Shown here: piece after piece, positions 40,068 to 51,880 of the stretch
How positions within the stretch are numbered: position 1 is the stretch's first letter
Layout: each line of letters begins with the position of its first letter
Assembly (NCBI RefSeq): GCF_037042905.1
Contig: NC_087245.1
Span: 30,072,001-30,136,000, forward strand
DNA from: Lytechinus pictus
Taxonomy: Eukaryota
Length of the DNA: 64,000 bases
Reading direction: 5' to 3'
The notes under the pieces: generated by a model
Databases searched by the model: none
Told to the model about the DNA's origin: nothing
What the model saw: the letters and a program-made list of their open reading frames with translations, nothing else
Made by a program: the position numbers and the translations under genes

Positions 40068-40828
40068 TCTTATTTGGAACTTGCAAAGTTGAGGGTTTTG
40101 TGATGAATTAATGATCAATTCTGTTCGTTTTTTTGTTTGAGAAACTTTCATGAGTTATATAATTGAAATTTAATGCATGAGTGATCATTAATTGCAAATT
40201 TTAGTGCAGCATTTTTACTTTATCATGTGGATCTCAGCAATGTGTTCATGAGAGTTGGGAGAATAGGGAATAAGATAGGACATAAGTAGGTGAAGTACGT
40301 TGATGGGATAAAGGTCAACGGAACATTTAGCAACCCCTCCCTCCACCTCTACCCCCTCCCCCACTTCTCTCCTCCTGGGAGACTAAGCTTGGCTAGGCTG
40401 GGCAGGAATTAGCCTTACAGTTTTTTTTGAGAGGTTAGTCCTTTGGAACTTGCAAAGCTTAGGGTGTTATGCTAAATTAATGAGTGAGATAAGTTATGGT
40501 TTCTTAGGCAAATTTCATGAGTTACTAAAATGAAATTTAATGTATGAGTGAACATGAATTGTAATTTTAGTGTAGCATATTCATCTTGTTGGCCTCACCA
40601 GTGTGTTCGTGAGAGTCAGAGTAATGGGATGGTACCAGTTACAAGCAACAGGTATGGAAAGACTTGGTTGAAAGGGCATTCCTTCTTTGTGTCCTTTTAC
40701 AAATTAAAAGTCATATGTACCCCCCCCCTCCACCTCCATTTCCCCGGCTCCTCTCACTCTCTGTCTCACTTCCTGGATTGTAGCCTATTCAAAACTTAAC
40801 TGCCAAGTGACCGGTGGCTGATGGTCAG

Positions 40829-41790
40829 TTTTTGTCTCACCTGCATAGCAGAGTGAGACTACAGGCGCCGCTTTTCCGACGACGGCGGCGGCGGCGTCAA
40901 CACCAAATCTTAACCTGAGGTTAAGTTTTTGAAATGACAGCATAAGGTAGAAAGTATATGGACCTAGTTCATGAAACTTGGCCATAACGTTAATTAGGTA
41001 TTATTGAACGTTCTGCCTGAGATTCATGTCACATGACCAAGGTCAAAGGTCATTTAGGGTCAATGAACTTAGACCATGTTGGGGGAATCAACATCAAAAT
41101 CTTAACCTAAGGTTAAGTTTTTGAAATGTCATCATAACTTAGAAAATATACATGTATGGACCTAGTTCATGAAACTTATACATAAGTTTAATCAAGTATC
41201 ACTTAACATCCTGCATGAGTTTCACGTCACATGACCTAGGTCAAAGGTCATTAAGGGTCAATGAACTTGGGCCGAATTGGGGGTATCTGTTGAATTAAAT
41301 GTACCATCATAACTTTGAAAGTTTATGGATCTGATTCATGAAACTTGGACATAATAGTAATCATGTATTACTGAACATCCTGTGCAAGTTTCAGGTCACA
41401 TGATCAAGGTCAAAGGTCATTTAGGGTCAATGAACTTTGGCCATAATGGGGGTATCTGTTGAATTACCATCATAACTTTGAAAGTTGATGGATCTGACTC
41501 TTGAAACTTGGACATAAGACTAATCAAGTATCACTGAACATGTCCTGTGCGAGTTTCAGGTCACATGATCAAGGTCAAAGGTCATGTAAGGTCAAAGAAC
41601 TTTGGCCACGTTGGGGGTATTTGTTGAATTGCCATCATATCTCTATTGGCCTAGTTTATAAAACGTGGAAATAAGAGTTACCAAGTATCACTGAACATCT
41701 TGTGCGAGTTGTAGTAGTTTTCAAAATCAGCAGTGCTGCTATATTGAATCGCGTGATGCAGGTGAGACGGCCAGAGGCATTCCACTTGTT
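40829..41790 (+). mobile_element. Family B Helentron-like element, copy 3
   Basis: Same termini and tandem units as 32764-33750. Confidence 0.8.
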
Positions 41791-43713
41791 TTAATAAAAT
41801 GATTACCAAGAAATCGACTGATTATGATACTTTATTGAAAAAAAATGAATGTTTGATTGATCACATTGCACATGGAATAAGTTTATTTATTGATAAATTG
41901 TTGATTAAATGATCGATATGAATAAAATGATGCCACAATTCAGAATTTATCATTAAATCAACATTCTGCTCTGGACTTCACGTGTACATGACAATAGCAA
42001 TCAGCCTCTTAACAGGAAGGGGAGGGAGAGAGGGAGGGGGGGGGGTAGGGGTGGGGCTACATGTTCTGTTGACCCTTATTCCATCAACCCACTTCTCCCA
42101 CTAAAGTCCTATCTCACCCCCTATTCTCCCGACTCCCATGAACACATTGCTGAGATCCACATGATAAAATGGAAATGCTGCCCCAAAAAGTGTAATTTAC
42201 TATCAATAACAGGGATATACTCATTTGATTTGCTAGTTCATTATGATTAACTTGCATGCCGAATAAAAGGTACACAATTTTCCTGCGCACGCGCCGCATC
42301 TCCCTATGAACGTACTATTCCAAGATCATCGCGTAATTTGTCGTCCATTTCGTCTTTTACTTTCGCCTGCCGCCATGATCAGACGTTAGCTAAGTACACT
42401 CCCACTTTGCTTTTTTAAAGTATCCGTTGTTGACATGTTTATCTATATATTTACTGCCTATTTCAATCCTTTGCCTTTCGGCTTTAGATTAAGAAGTTTA
42501 AGAAGTTGGTCCTGTTTGTTAATTACCTGAGTTATTAATTTTATTATTAATAATTTCTGAAAGGGATCTTGTTTTGTCACCTTTCTTGCCCACCCACCCC
42601 TCTGCCCCCTCTCTGTTTTCGCTCCTCCTTTTGTTCTTTCAGGTTAAAAACTTACCAGGTAGATGAACTCTTTCGACTCATCTCTTGATGACTCCAAACC
42701 TGCTGCTGGGAGAGAACCAGACATGGCATTTGTCCCCGTGATCAGCGGCGGTGAGTATGAGGGCAAGAGAGTGAGACCCTTTGCGTAGGGCTCTATAAAG
42801 GGTGGAACCGTGGTTTGCGTCCACGTGCCCTGGAAAAAGAAGGGTGGAACCATGGAGTCGCGTCCACTTGCCCAAGAGGGTGGAACCGTGGAACCGCGCC
42901 CACGTGCCTGAGCGTTTTAGGTTGAAGCTGTGGCGCTGCAGCCACGTGCCTGAAAGGTGATAGCCAAGGCTCCCTCGACGGGACCTGAACCTATTTTGGG
43001 GAGTGTTGTAATAGTATAGAAAACCTCACTCCTCCAGAGCTGCTTGACCCACCGGCTATCGGGTCCAACAAGTCTGGGTTAAGAGCGTGGGACTCTTTTC
43101 CCGGCACAGACTAGGCTCGATGCTTTGACAGTTTCCGTCAGGGAGCATTAGCAAAGGACTCCCAGCCCCTAGACACTAGAGACACGTGAGCTTGACCCTG
43201 TCAATCTCATGATTATCTGATCAGGGTGGAACCGTTGAATCGCGTCCACGTGCCCTTAAAGGTGGAACCACGGAATTGCGTTCATGTGCCTGAACGACTT
43301 GATCAGATTGGGTGACTTTTCTCATGCGAGATATCACGCCCCCCTGTCTCTTGTGCCCTCTTCTGCCCCCCGTCGGGGGCTGCATAGAAGAGGAAGAAGA
43401 GGAAGAAGGTCGCTAATCCCGCTTCGCGGTCAGACCTTTCTTTCTGATTCTTGTGCCGATGGCCAGGCGTTGTAACTTCATGTTACAACAGAACGCCCTC
43501 GAGCATCACGGATCTTTATCCTCATGCTTCACTTCAGCTAAAACCGCTGTGTCGAGCACCGGGCAGGTCAAGCAGACATTCGCCAACTCACACCTCGGAG
43601 AGTAACTGACAATTTCATGATTCGCCGGATCACGCACCTGAAAGGGAAATCCCCGCTAATACACAGGTGTTATCGACATACGGGCGTCGCCCCCATTATG
43701 TCACCAGACTCCC

Positions 43714-45254
43714 TGTCACGGCCCTATATTGGGGTCCGGAAAGAAAAGAGAGAGGCAGACTTGTGAACGGATACTCAGTACAACAAAACCCTGACACTTT
43801 GAGTAAATTTTATAATATCATTTAATTAATAAGTTCTTGTTCCAATATCAATTTGCAACAGTGGAAAGGAGTTATTATTAATTACAAAAGCTTGGAAAAA
43901 CCTAAACGAACACTAGTGTGTTCAAAATACATTTGAGAGTTTGAATCATATATCAATTGAAGAGGAAAAATATTAACGGACTAAATGAAACACCCACACC
44001 CAATCACACACACGCATTCACACGAAACCTGATTATCAGTTCGCGGTAGGGTGGGGCCCCTTGGTTTTGAAACACGGTTCCAACTCTTGCCGGTGATGGC
44101 GCTGTCGATATTTCTGCGACAAATCGGTGATCTGAACGGTGTTGCGACGTCCCTAAACAACGACCTTGAGCTGTCCTTGACGATCAGTATTGGCTGCATA
44201 ATCGTACCCGATAGGGTGGCCGACTCCAGTCCCGACGATGGAACTCTATATTAAAACAAATATCCAAAATGTCTTTCGAGAAAAGAATCTTTGAGGTTAA
44301 GAATCATATTTACCCAAACAAACATTCGCATTCATCATGTCCGTTTGGATTACATTTCCTCATTCTACCTAACGCATTAAAGATCGAGGTAAACAAATCT
44401 TTTATAAATAAATCATTTCAAAAGATTGAATCATCCTTTCATATGCTCTTTAAAACATTTCATAAGAATAATAAATTAACAATCAATGATGGAAATGATC
44501 TACAAAAGATGCTTCTATCACATTAGCTATTCATTTCTTCTGTTTTTTCCATTTAGTAATTGAGTTTAATCTATAGCAATACTCAATAACTATTAATTTA
44601 AAATCAGTTCTATATTTAGCATTCAAATGCTTTTAAAAGTCGTACTTTGCTTTACAGAGGGATAAATAAATACAATCATTGCTTACCACCGCAGTGAGTT
44701 TTTCAGATACACCATAAAGGATGACTTCTCTACACGTCTCATAAGTTGATTAAAAGCTTGGTAAATAATTACTGAAGACTTCAAAAAATAAGATTCATTT
44801 GGTGACTAAATAACTCGAAGATACAACTCAGGAAACATAAAAATGGCGACTGGCAGGAGTTAAACTATAAGACGACTACATGTCTTCACTCAACGAAAGC
44901 AAAAAACGTAATGCCTGCTACTAGCTTGTACACCAACCAATACACCTTACCCGACGTATCAACTTGGGCGTGGCACATACGTGTACGTATATACATTCGT
45001 ACAGATTCAATTACGAGCCACGTACGCTCGGTAAACTAATTTGCATAATTACCATAGCGACGAGCGCTAAGAAAGAAAATTGGCGGCAATTTGCCACGAA
45101 GCTATTTTGCTATACATTTGAATAGGCCCGAACATCGACCAGTATTTTGTTTAAACGTAAAAATTAAGGAATCTTTTCCTCAGTTAAATTCTGGGAGATA
45201 AAGTAAGAAAAATATATTTTAAAAAATGACAATTTAGGAACTCGACTCGTGACA
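43714..45254 (-). repeat. 3' LTR (1541 bp)
   Basis: Bounded by TGTCACG...CGTGACA; on the minus strand it is preceded by the polypurine tract GTTGAGGGGCAAT (45255-45267). Confidence 0.85.
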
Positions 45255-45408
45255 ATTGCCCCTCAACAAAAAAATTGGCATCTATTTTTAAATATTTTTT
45301 CTTAACGATCCCGCAAAATTATCTACACATTATACTTGAAATTATTAAGCTTTACCTGGGAATCATGCTAAAAGGAAAAGAAACAGAAAATAAGTTATCC
45401 CAGTTAGT

Positions 45409-48132
45409 TTAATTTTCTGGGCAACGACTTAGATAATCTGCCCCAATATTTTCTGAACCTTTGATGATTTCTACATGAAAGTGATGTGCTTGCAATGCCA
45501 ATGCCCATCGCATCACTCGTGGATTTTTTATTTGCGTTTTGGAGAGACTAGCCAGAGGGAAGTGGTCAGTTTGCAGCGTGAATGTGCGTCCATGCAAATA
45601 ATATGCAAATTTCTTTACTGCCCAAACGACTGCTAAACATTCGCGCTCAATGATTGGATAGGCGCGCTCACGTGGGTGCAATTTGCGACTTGCAAATTGT
45701 ACAGGGAACAACTTACCTTCGTGTTCTTGCATGAGGACGGCACCGACGCCGACGTCCGATGCGTCTGTTCGAAGCACGAAGTCCTTTGAACTATTGGGAA
45801 GACGAAGTACGGGGTATTTACTTACCCTCTCCTTTAAGGTCCGAAACGCTCTCTCCTCTGTTTGTCCCCATCTTACCTTATTTGGTGCTTTACTTTTGGT
45901 CAGATCTGTTAAGGGGGTGGCTATTACTGCCATATTGGGTATGAATTTGCGATAATATGCAACAAGTCCGATAAATGATCTCACCTCTTTCTTGGTCGTC
46001 GGTCTTGTTGCGGTCATCACTTTCTCGACGCCTTTCTTGGTAGGCTGAATCTGACATTCTCCAACCACATGTCCCAGAAAATCTACTGTCGTGCATCCAA
46101 AGTGACACTTCGTAGGTTTTGCTGTGAGATTCGCTGCTCTGAGTGCAGTGAGTACTCTTCTGACATCATTGGTATGTTCTTCCCATGAAGAGCTGGAAAT
46201 CAAAATGTCGTCTATGTAGTGGACGACGTTGGGCATACCATCTACCAATGTCCTCATCATCCTTGTGAACAGGGATGGCGCGTTTACCATTCCAAATGGT
46301 AAGACCTTGAATTCATATTGTCCATCCGGTGTTACAAACGCAGTCTTGGATCTATCCTCTATCCTAACTGGTATCTGCCAATACCCTTTACAGAGGTCAA
46401 TCTTCGAAAAGACCTTTGCTGTCCCGACATCCCTGATGATTTCTTCCATGTTTGGTATGGGCTCATTGTCGATCATGGTGACTGCATTCATCTTGCGGTA
46501 ATCGACACAAAATCGGTTCTTACCATCCTTCTTTTTGACAATTACGACTGGTGACGCGTATGGAGAGTTAGACTTTCCTATAATACCCATCTTCATCATC
46601 GTATCAACCTCTTCTCTTATCGTCTCTCTTAACGTCTGTGGCACTTGATATGGCCTCGAACATATGTGCCGTCTTGTATTCAGCTCTACAGTGTGCTCGA
46701 TGATGTCCGTTCTCCCTGGTACATCCGTAAGGATGTCTTCAAACTCATGGATAAGCTCTTCCATAATCGCTCGCTGATCTTTGCCAATTCCTTCCCCATA
46801 CGAAACGTCCTTTATTCCTTCAGTTTGATCTAACGTTGGGAAAGACATTTCAGCGACGTCACCATTTTCCCCATCACTGTCACTGATTACTTGGATTGCG
46901 TTACCGGTAGCTAATGCCGTTTCCTCCACCTGTTCGTCGACTTCGTTCACGTCGTCATCATCGCTTTGCTCGGACAAAGGTTTCTCACTCACGATGTCAT
47001 CTTCATCATCCTTCTGAGTGGCTTCAATAAGAGGATCACCTGATGACCTCATTATGTAGCGCTTCATAAGGTTTGCGTGGAAGGTTTTCCTCTTCTGACC
47101 AATTTGCAGGGAGTAGTTATGCCTTGCGACCTTACCCACCACCTTATAAGGTCCTCTCCACTGCATCAAGAGCTTGTTAGAGCTGGTTGGTAGAAGCAGC
47201 AACACCCAGTCTCCGCATTCAAATCTTCGCTCTTTGGCCTTTACGTCAAAGTGCTTCTTGTATTTTCTCGACGACTTCTCGAGTTGTGCCTTCGCCACTT
47301 CGCATGTCGATTCAAGCCTTTCCTGTAAATCAATTACATACTGGTAAGTAGATTTAACTTCTTCTTCTGGTATCTGTTCAGACCATAATTCCTTTAAGAT
47401 TGACAAGGGACCCCTCACTGACCGTCCATACATCAATTCGAACGGCGAATATCCCAAACTCTCGTGAGGAACTTCGCGGTAAGCGAATAAGAGGGCGGGC
47501 AAATACCTGTCCCAGTCCCGTGGACAATCTTTACACATTCTTCTTAACATCTGTTTCAATGTCCCATTAAATCTTTCACACGCACCATTTGCCATGGGGT
47601 GATATGGAGAAGTGTGAAATTGCTTTACACCTAACAGGCGAGAAACCTCTTTCATCACTCCTGATACAAATTGCGTACCGTTATCTGAGAGAATTTCGTT
47701 AGGAACTCCCAGCCTAGAGAAAACTTCCATCATGGCCTCAGCCACTCGTTCTGCCTCAATTTTTGGTAGGGCCACAGCCTCAAGGTACCTTGTGGCCAGA
47801 TCAACTATCGTTAGAATATATCTATTTCCCCTCTCAGTGACTGGTTGCAATGGTCCTATTAAGTCTACTGCAATCCTCCTAAAACAAGTGTCTATCAGGA
47901 GTGGCATTACTACAGGGACTCTACAAACCTTTTCTTTCGGAGTGGTTCGTTGGCACGGGTCACATGATGCGCAGTACCTTCTAACATCTGACTGTAGTCC
48001 CGGCCAAAAGAAATGCGCCAAAATACGCTCTGTAGTCTTCCTTGCCTTGAGATGTCCTGATAAAGCTGAGTCATGGGCAAGCCGCAAAACCTGGGTCCTG
48101 AAGGGGGTAGGAACCACCAGCTGGGTGTACAT
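45409..48132 (-). CDS. pol: Pol: integrase, then reverse transcriptase and RNase H
   Basis: HHCC (AHD..GH...CASCDPC), DDE motifs (VDLIGP, SDNGTQF, ERFNGTLK), RT (FCVDYRKMN, YIDD), RNase H (TDASDVG, ADYLSR); separated from the protease frame by a frameshift near 48140. Confidence 0.95.
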   Translation of the reverse strand: MYTQLVVPTPFRTQVLRLAHDSALSGHLKARKTTERILAHFFWPGLQSDVRRYCASCDPCQRTTPKEKVCRVPVVMPLLIDTCFRRIAVDLIGPLQPVTERGNRYILTIVDLATRYLEAVALPKIEAERVAEAMMEVFSRLGVPNEILSDNGTQFVSGVMKEVSRLLGVKQFHTSPYHPMANGACERFNGTLKQMLRRMCKDCPRDWDRYLPALLFAYREVPHESLGYSPFELMYGRSVRGPLSILKELWSEQIPEEEVKSTYQYVIDLQERLESTCEVAKAQLEKSSRKYKKHFDVKAKERRFECGDWVLLLLPTSSNKLLMQWRGPYKVVGKVARHNYSLQIGQKRKTFHANLMKRYIMRSSGDPLIEATQKDDEDDIVSEKPLSEQSDDDDVNEVDEQVEETALATGNAIQVISDSDGENGDVAEMSFPTLDQTEGIKDVSYGEGIGKDQRAIMEELIHEFEDILTDVPGRTDIIEHTVELNTRRHICSRPYQVPQTLRETIREEVDTMMKMGIIGKSNSPYASPVVIVKKKDGKNRFCVDYRKMNAVTMIDNEPIPNMEEIIRDVGTAKVFSKIDLCKGYWQIPVRIEDRSKTAFVTPDGQYEFKVLPFGMVNAPSLFTRMMRTLVDGMPNVVHYIDDILISSSSWEEHTNDVRRVLTALRAANLTAKPTKCHFGCTTVDFLGHVVGECQIQPTKKGVEKVMTATRPTTKKEVRSFIGLVAYYRKFIPNMAVIATPLTDLTKSKAPNKVRWGQTEERAFRTLKERVSKYPVLRLPNSSKDFVLRTDASDVGVGAVLMQEHEGKLFPVQFASRKLHPRERAYPIIERECLAVVWAVKKFAYYLHGRTFTLQTDHFPLASLSKTQIKNPRVMRWALALQAHHFHVEIIKGSENIGADYLSRCPEN

Positions 48133-48938
48133 CTGTCCGCGTGCTTCTGAAATTCACGAAAAAGTAGACCATTGTTATAGTAATAACGAACCTGACTACC
48201 TTTACCTACTACTTTAGGTTTACCTCCTTCAGTGGCGATCTTCCGAACTTTCTCCAATGTTTCATCTTGCTTCTGTGCAGCAATGATTTCTTCCCTTGTA
48301 GCTGTGATTTCGGGTCCACCCGAAGACTTCAGCGGCTTCCATGGCTTATCCTTCCGAAGCCTCATGCCACGCGTCTCAACCCCAGCTGCTGTTGTAGTTC
48401 GTGTCGATTCATCCAGCTCCGATAACGCCTGAGTGTTTTCCTCGTCATGAGTAGCGGAGTTGGAATCGATCTCGTTGATGTCCAGCGTCACGTCATCTTG
48501 CGGATCGTCGGTGTCCCCTCCAGTGTCCCCGACTACTTCGACTGGCTGCCGATCATGTGCCTTCTCAGGTTTCCTTGTTCCTGGAATGTTACCAGTTATA
48601 ACCTCATAAAGGGGGTTAGTCATACAAAGAGCATTTACCATACCAGTAAACACAGGACTCCTTACCTCTACCATTGCAATTGGGACGGATCTCACAGTTT
48701 GATCTATGAGCATACACAATTGTTTCTCACCAGTAAAGTTCTCCTCATTTACTAACCCAGAACGTACAATCACAACACTAGATCCAGAATCCCTAAGTAC
48801 ACTTGCTGGCTTACCATCCAACATGCCCTCATATACCGGCATATACGTACCTACTGTGCATCCTGCACTAATAACTGGGAGTCTATGCCCACACTGTAGG
48901 GTAACAGACTGAGATTCATCGGTCATACCTATACTCAC
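47910..48938 (-). pseudogene. Aspartic protease region of pol (out of frame with IN-RT-RH)
   Basis: VLRDSGSSVVIV active-site motif and LYEVITGN; the reading frame becomes meaningless after about 48140. Confidence 0.85.
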
Positions 48939-49073
48939 GTGATTATCATTATCATCAGAGACTTATCCCGGACAACATTCAGCGATGCAAGCACCAACCA
49001 TTTGCTTGCGCGCCCCGGACTGAAATGAGGTGGGCTGCTTATACTTGATATTGACATCTCGCTTGCGATCTGG

Positions 49074-49958
49074 ACACTTGTTAGCTAAGTGTCCCTGTTT
49101 ACCGCAGACATAACAGGGGCCTTTAGTGATCTGACCCTTTTCATGCCGTTCACTTCAGTTTGCAGTTTTGCGCACCTTATCCCCCTGTTGCGCGCTCCTG
49201 CTTGGACCACGCACCGAATTTCCATGTGCTGCACTATACTGCTCTGCAATACCAATTAATTCTGATAGGTTCTTCGGGCAACGTTCCTTAATGAATACCA
49301 TGGTTGAACGATCACACCCTTCTAAAATTTGTTCCATTACAATCAAATCAAGAAGTGTATCGTAACAGGGTTTTCTCCCACTTAATTCAATCCAGCGCTT
49401 AGCGTAAGACATCAACCGTGCCGCAAACTGTATGAAAGTCTCACTATTGCCGCGCTTGGCTTCACGAAAGCGCTTCCTGAAGCCTTCACTCGTAAGAGTG
49501 AAATGCTGTAACAGCGTTCGTTTCACTATTGCGTAATCGCTCGCATCCTCGGCGGACATGCGTGTATAGACTTCTAACGCGCTCCCCGCTAACAGATTGC
49601 CTAGAGCGCATGCCCAATATTCCTCTGGCCATTTCTGCAAAGTGGCGTGGCGTTCAAAGCGCAATATGTAAGCATCTAACTCGTCCGAGTCTGCTCTGAA
49701 CACTGGCAAATTTGGCACACTACCTGGGATACAATGACTACCTGCATTATGTTTTTCCCTTAACTGAGCCAACTCAATTTCGTGTTCCCTTTCCTTTTCA
49801 CGGTCTTCCCTTACTCTTCGTCTTTCCTCACGTTCAACTTCTTGTTGTTGACGAATTTCTTCTTTACGTGCATTCTCCCTACTTTCTACAAAGTCTAACA
49901 ATGCTTTACCTTGAAGACCACATTCTCTGCCTAACATTAGGAAAGTTTCCACTTCCAT
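49074..49958 (-). pseudogene. gag: Gag with SCAN-like capsid region and a CCHC knuckle lying beyond a premature stop/frameshift
   Basis: YILRFERHA...W...L, LIVMEQIL...FIKER.PKNL; CYVCGKQGHLANKC at 49074-49115 lies downstream of the stop at 49155. Confidence 0.85.
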
Positions 49959-50138
49959 CTTTACCAGTATTCTATTGCGAGAGTCATAAAATAGATACTG
50001 CCTTAACTAATATCCTGCCGAACAGTATATGTACTACAACTCATGTAACTAGTCGCCTTTTATGATTAAAACTGAATAAATAAAAGTCACCTCAACAATC
50101 TACAAATGAAGTACCGATCATCCTAACAAAGTTACCTC

Positions 50139-50155
50139 TCCCGGACAAGCCCCCA
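50139..50155 (-). promoter_or_regulatory. Primer binding site, tRNA-Pro
   Basis: TGGGGGCTTGTCCGGGA, one mismatch from the canonical tRNA-Pro PBS TGGGGGCTCGTCCGGGA. Confidence 0.85.
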
Positions 50156-50156
50156 T

Positions 50157-50185
50157 TGTCACGACCCCAATAAAGGGCCGTGACA
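50157..50185. repeat. Collapsed and inverted 29-bp 5' LTR remnant
   Basis: TGTCACGACCCCAATAAAGGGCCGTGACA is the two tips of the long LTR joined, in the opposite orientation to a direct repeat. Confidence 0.8.
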
Positions 50186-50879
50186 CTCCCGATACTTGTG
50201 GGTCAGGCGTCGCAACTCTCATGTTCCTTCACACGCCAACGAGCAGTGCAGGTAATTCCCCCACGCTTCATGTCAGCTTCAGCCGCCGTCCTAAGCACCA
50301 TGCGGTTGAAGCAGTCACCTGCCCTTTTACGCCGGGCTTTTCTTGAAACGCTGCTCACCTTCGATGCAGGTGCTTCCGACATACAGCTTTCAAGCCCCAA
50401 AATGTCGGCAAGCTCTCTGTGACCGACGGCTGGACGTTGCATCCTTACAGGTTGCATCAATATGTCCCCGATTTGTGTCGCTTTTTCAACAAAGTCGAAT
50501 CGTTTATTGATCATCGGCGATTATCATCCCTCCGGTTACGGATGATTAATACCTTCAATCCGAATCTTACAGACTCTTGAGTTTCTTCTCAAACGTTGAG
50601 CTTGTATGGTTTAGTCCGTCATGGCGCCTGTCGGTCGTTCTTGGCGCTTGAGTAACTTCCTCCTGGGTCGGTATTCAGGGTATCTTTCGTCTATCAGTTG
50701 AGATCCCTCTTGTATCCGTTTATCTGTAACCATACGTACGTAGCTATGCATACCTATGCATCGCTCCCGGACATTTGTCGGTATTGGCGTAGATTAGGCG
50801 TGACTTCTAACCCTTGTCTTCGTTTGCCATTCTTCAGACAGTTCCCAACTCTGTTCAGTTGGATGTATTGTCGCGCGAG

Positions 50880-51100
50880 CCGTTTGCGGCAGCTTCTTGA
50901 GACATCATACCACGCTGGATTGTTGAAACGATAAAGTCAGTTGGTGATGATGTTCTCCTGCTGACACTAGGCCGAGGGCCCATGATACTAAAGTATCGCT
51001 TCTTCTTGGGCTCTTTTCAATGGAATCGTCATAGACGACATCCTGAGGACCGCCTTTTGGCGCTCTCCTAATTCCTCACTTCCTTGTACTTAGGGACTTT
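50880..51100 (+). pseudogene. DIRS tyrosine recombinase C-terminal remnant
   Basis: With frameshifts: RWIVETIK...RPRAHDT...SSWALFNGIVIDDILRTAFWRSPNS..S.YL.D, matching the HxxR...W...Y catalytic region. Confidence 0.8.
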
Positions 51101-51880
51101 ACTTCGCATGAGGCCTTGTTTGCCTCCTCTGTCCTTAAGGCAGCGGCCTTCGTGTCTTCATCTCCCTATTTTGTACGCACTTTCTTAGTCTAGACATGCC
51201 TCCCTTCACGTTGTATCCGTGTTGGTCTAGCAAATTTAATGAGTACATCCCAGTTATTGATAAATTATGAAAATACTTACCATGATTTTCTTATTTACGA
51301 GATAACTGGATATACTCATTTGAACCCTCCCACCTACTCCTCGACTTGTGTGGCAACATGTCTTCGTGCAGGCTAATGAGAGGAAATGGACGCCAAATTA
51401 CGCGATGATCTTGGTATAGTGCGTTCATAGGGAGATGCAGCGCGCGCGCAGGAAAAATTGTGTACCTATTATTCAGCGTGCAAGTTAATTGTAGTGAACT
51501 AGCAAATCAAATCCAGTTATCTCGTAAATAAGAAAATCATGGTAAGTATTTTCATGATTTGTGTTTACTCATGCATTAAAATTTAATTTGAAAATTATTT
51601 ATGAAATTTGCTTAAACAACCAAAACTGGTCATTAATGACTCACTCAAAAACTGACAGAAATTGGAAGGCTAATTTCAGCCCAGCCTTATTTTCATACCC
51701 TTTGTTTAATAGTGAGCAGTTTTCCACTTTCTTTGTGTCATTTGAAAGTTGACTTTATTGGCTTCCATATATGTAAGTGTTTTCGCAAAAGTGATATATT
51801 TTTTATTTGGCAGCCATTTTAAATGTGTATAGTTTTTGGGGGACGCACTGTACGTATATATATATATATATATATATATA

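Larger units (their letters stand above)
43714..50185 (-). mobile_element. Gmr1-like Ty3/Gypsy LTR retrotransposon
   Basis: 5-bp TSD CTCCC (43709-43713, 50186-50190), TGTCAC...GTGACA termini, PBS, PPT, gag and pol with PR-IN-RT-RH order. Confidence 0.93.
42194..51555 (+). mobile_element. DIRS1-type tyrosine-recombinase retrotransposon (internally deleted, decayed)
   Basis: Inverted terminal repeats 42194-42351 and 51383-51511, right extension 51512-51555, internal complementary region 51227-51323 matching both outer ends, recombinase remnant upstream of it. Confidence 0.9.
39166..51850. mobile_element. Tc1/mariner-like long-TIR element, hosting several insertions; left tip lost
   Basis: 39205-39380 is the imperfect reverse complement of 51690-51840; right end GGGGGACGCACTG|TA; 40130-40330 is inverted relative to 42065-42190 plus 51556-51610. 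Confidence 0.65.

Noticed and set aside
45683..50065. Plus-strand ORFs overlapping gag-pol
   Set aside because: Antisense shadows of the retrotransposon ORFs.
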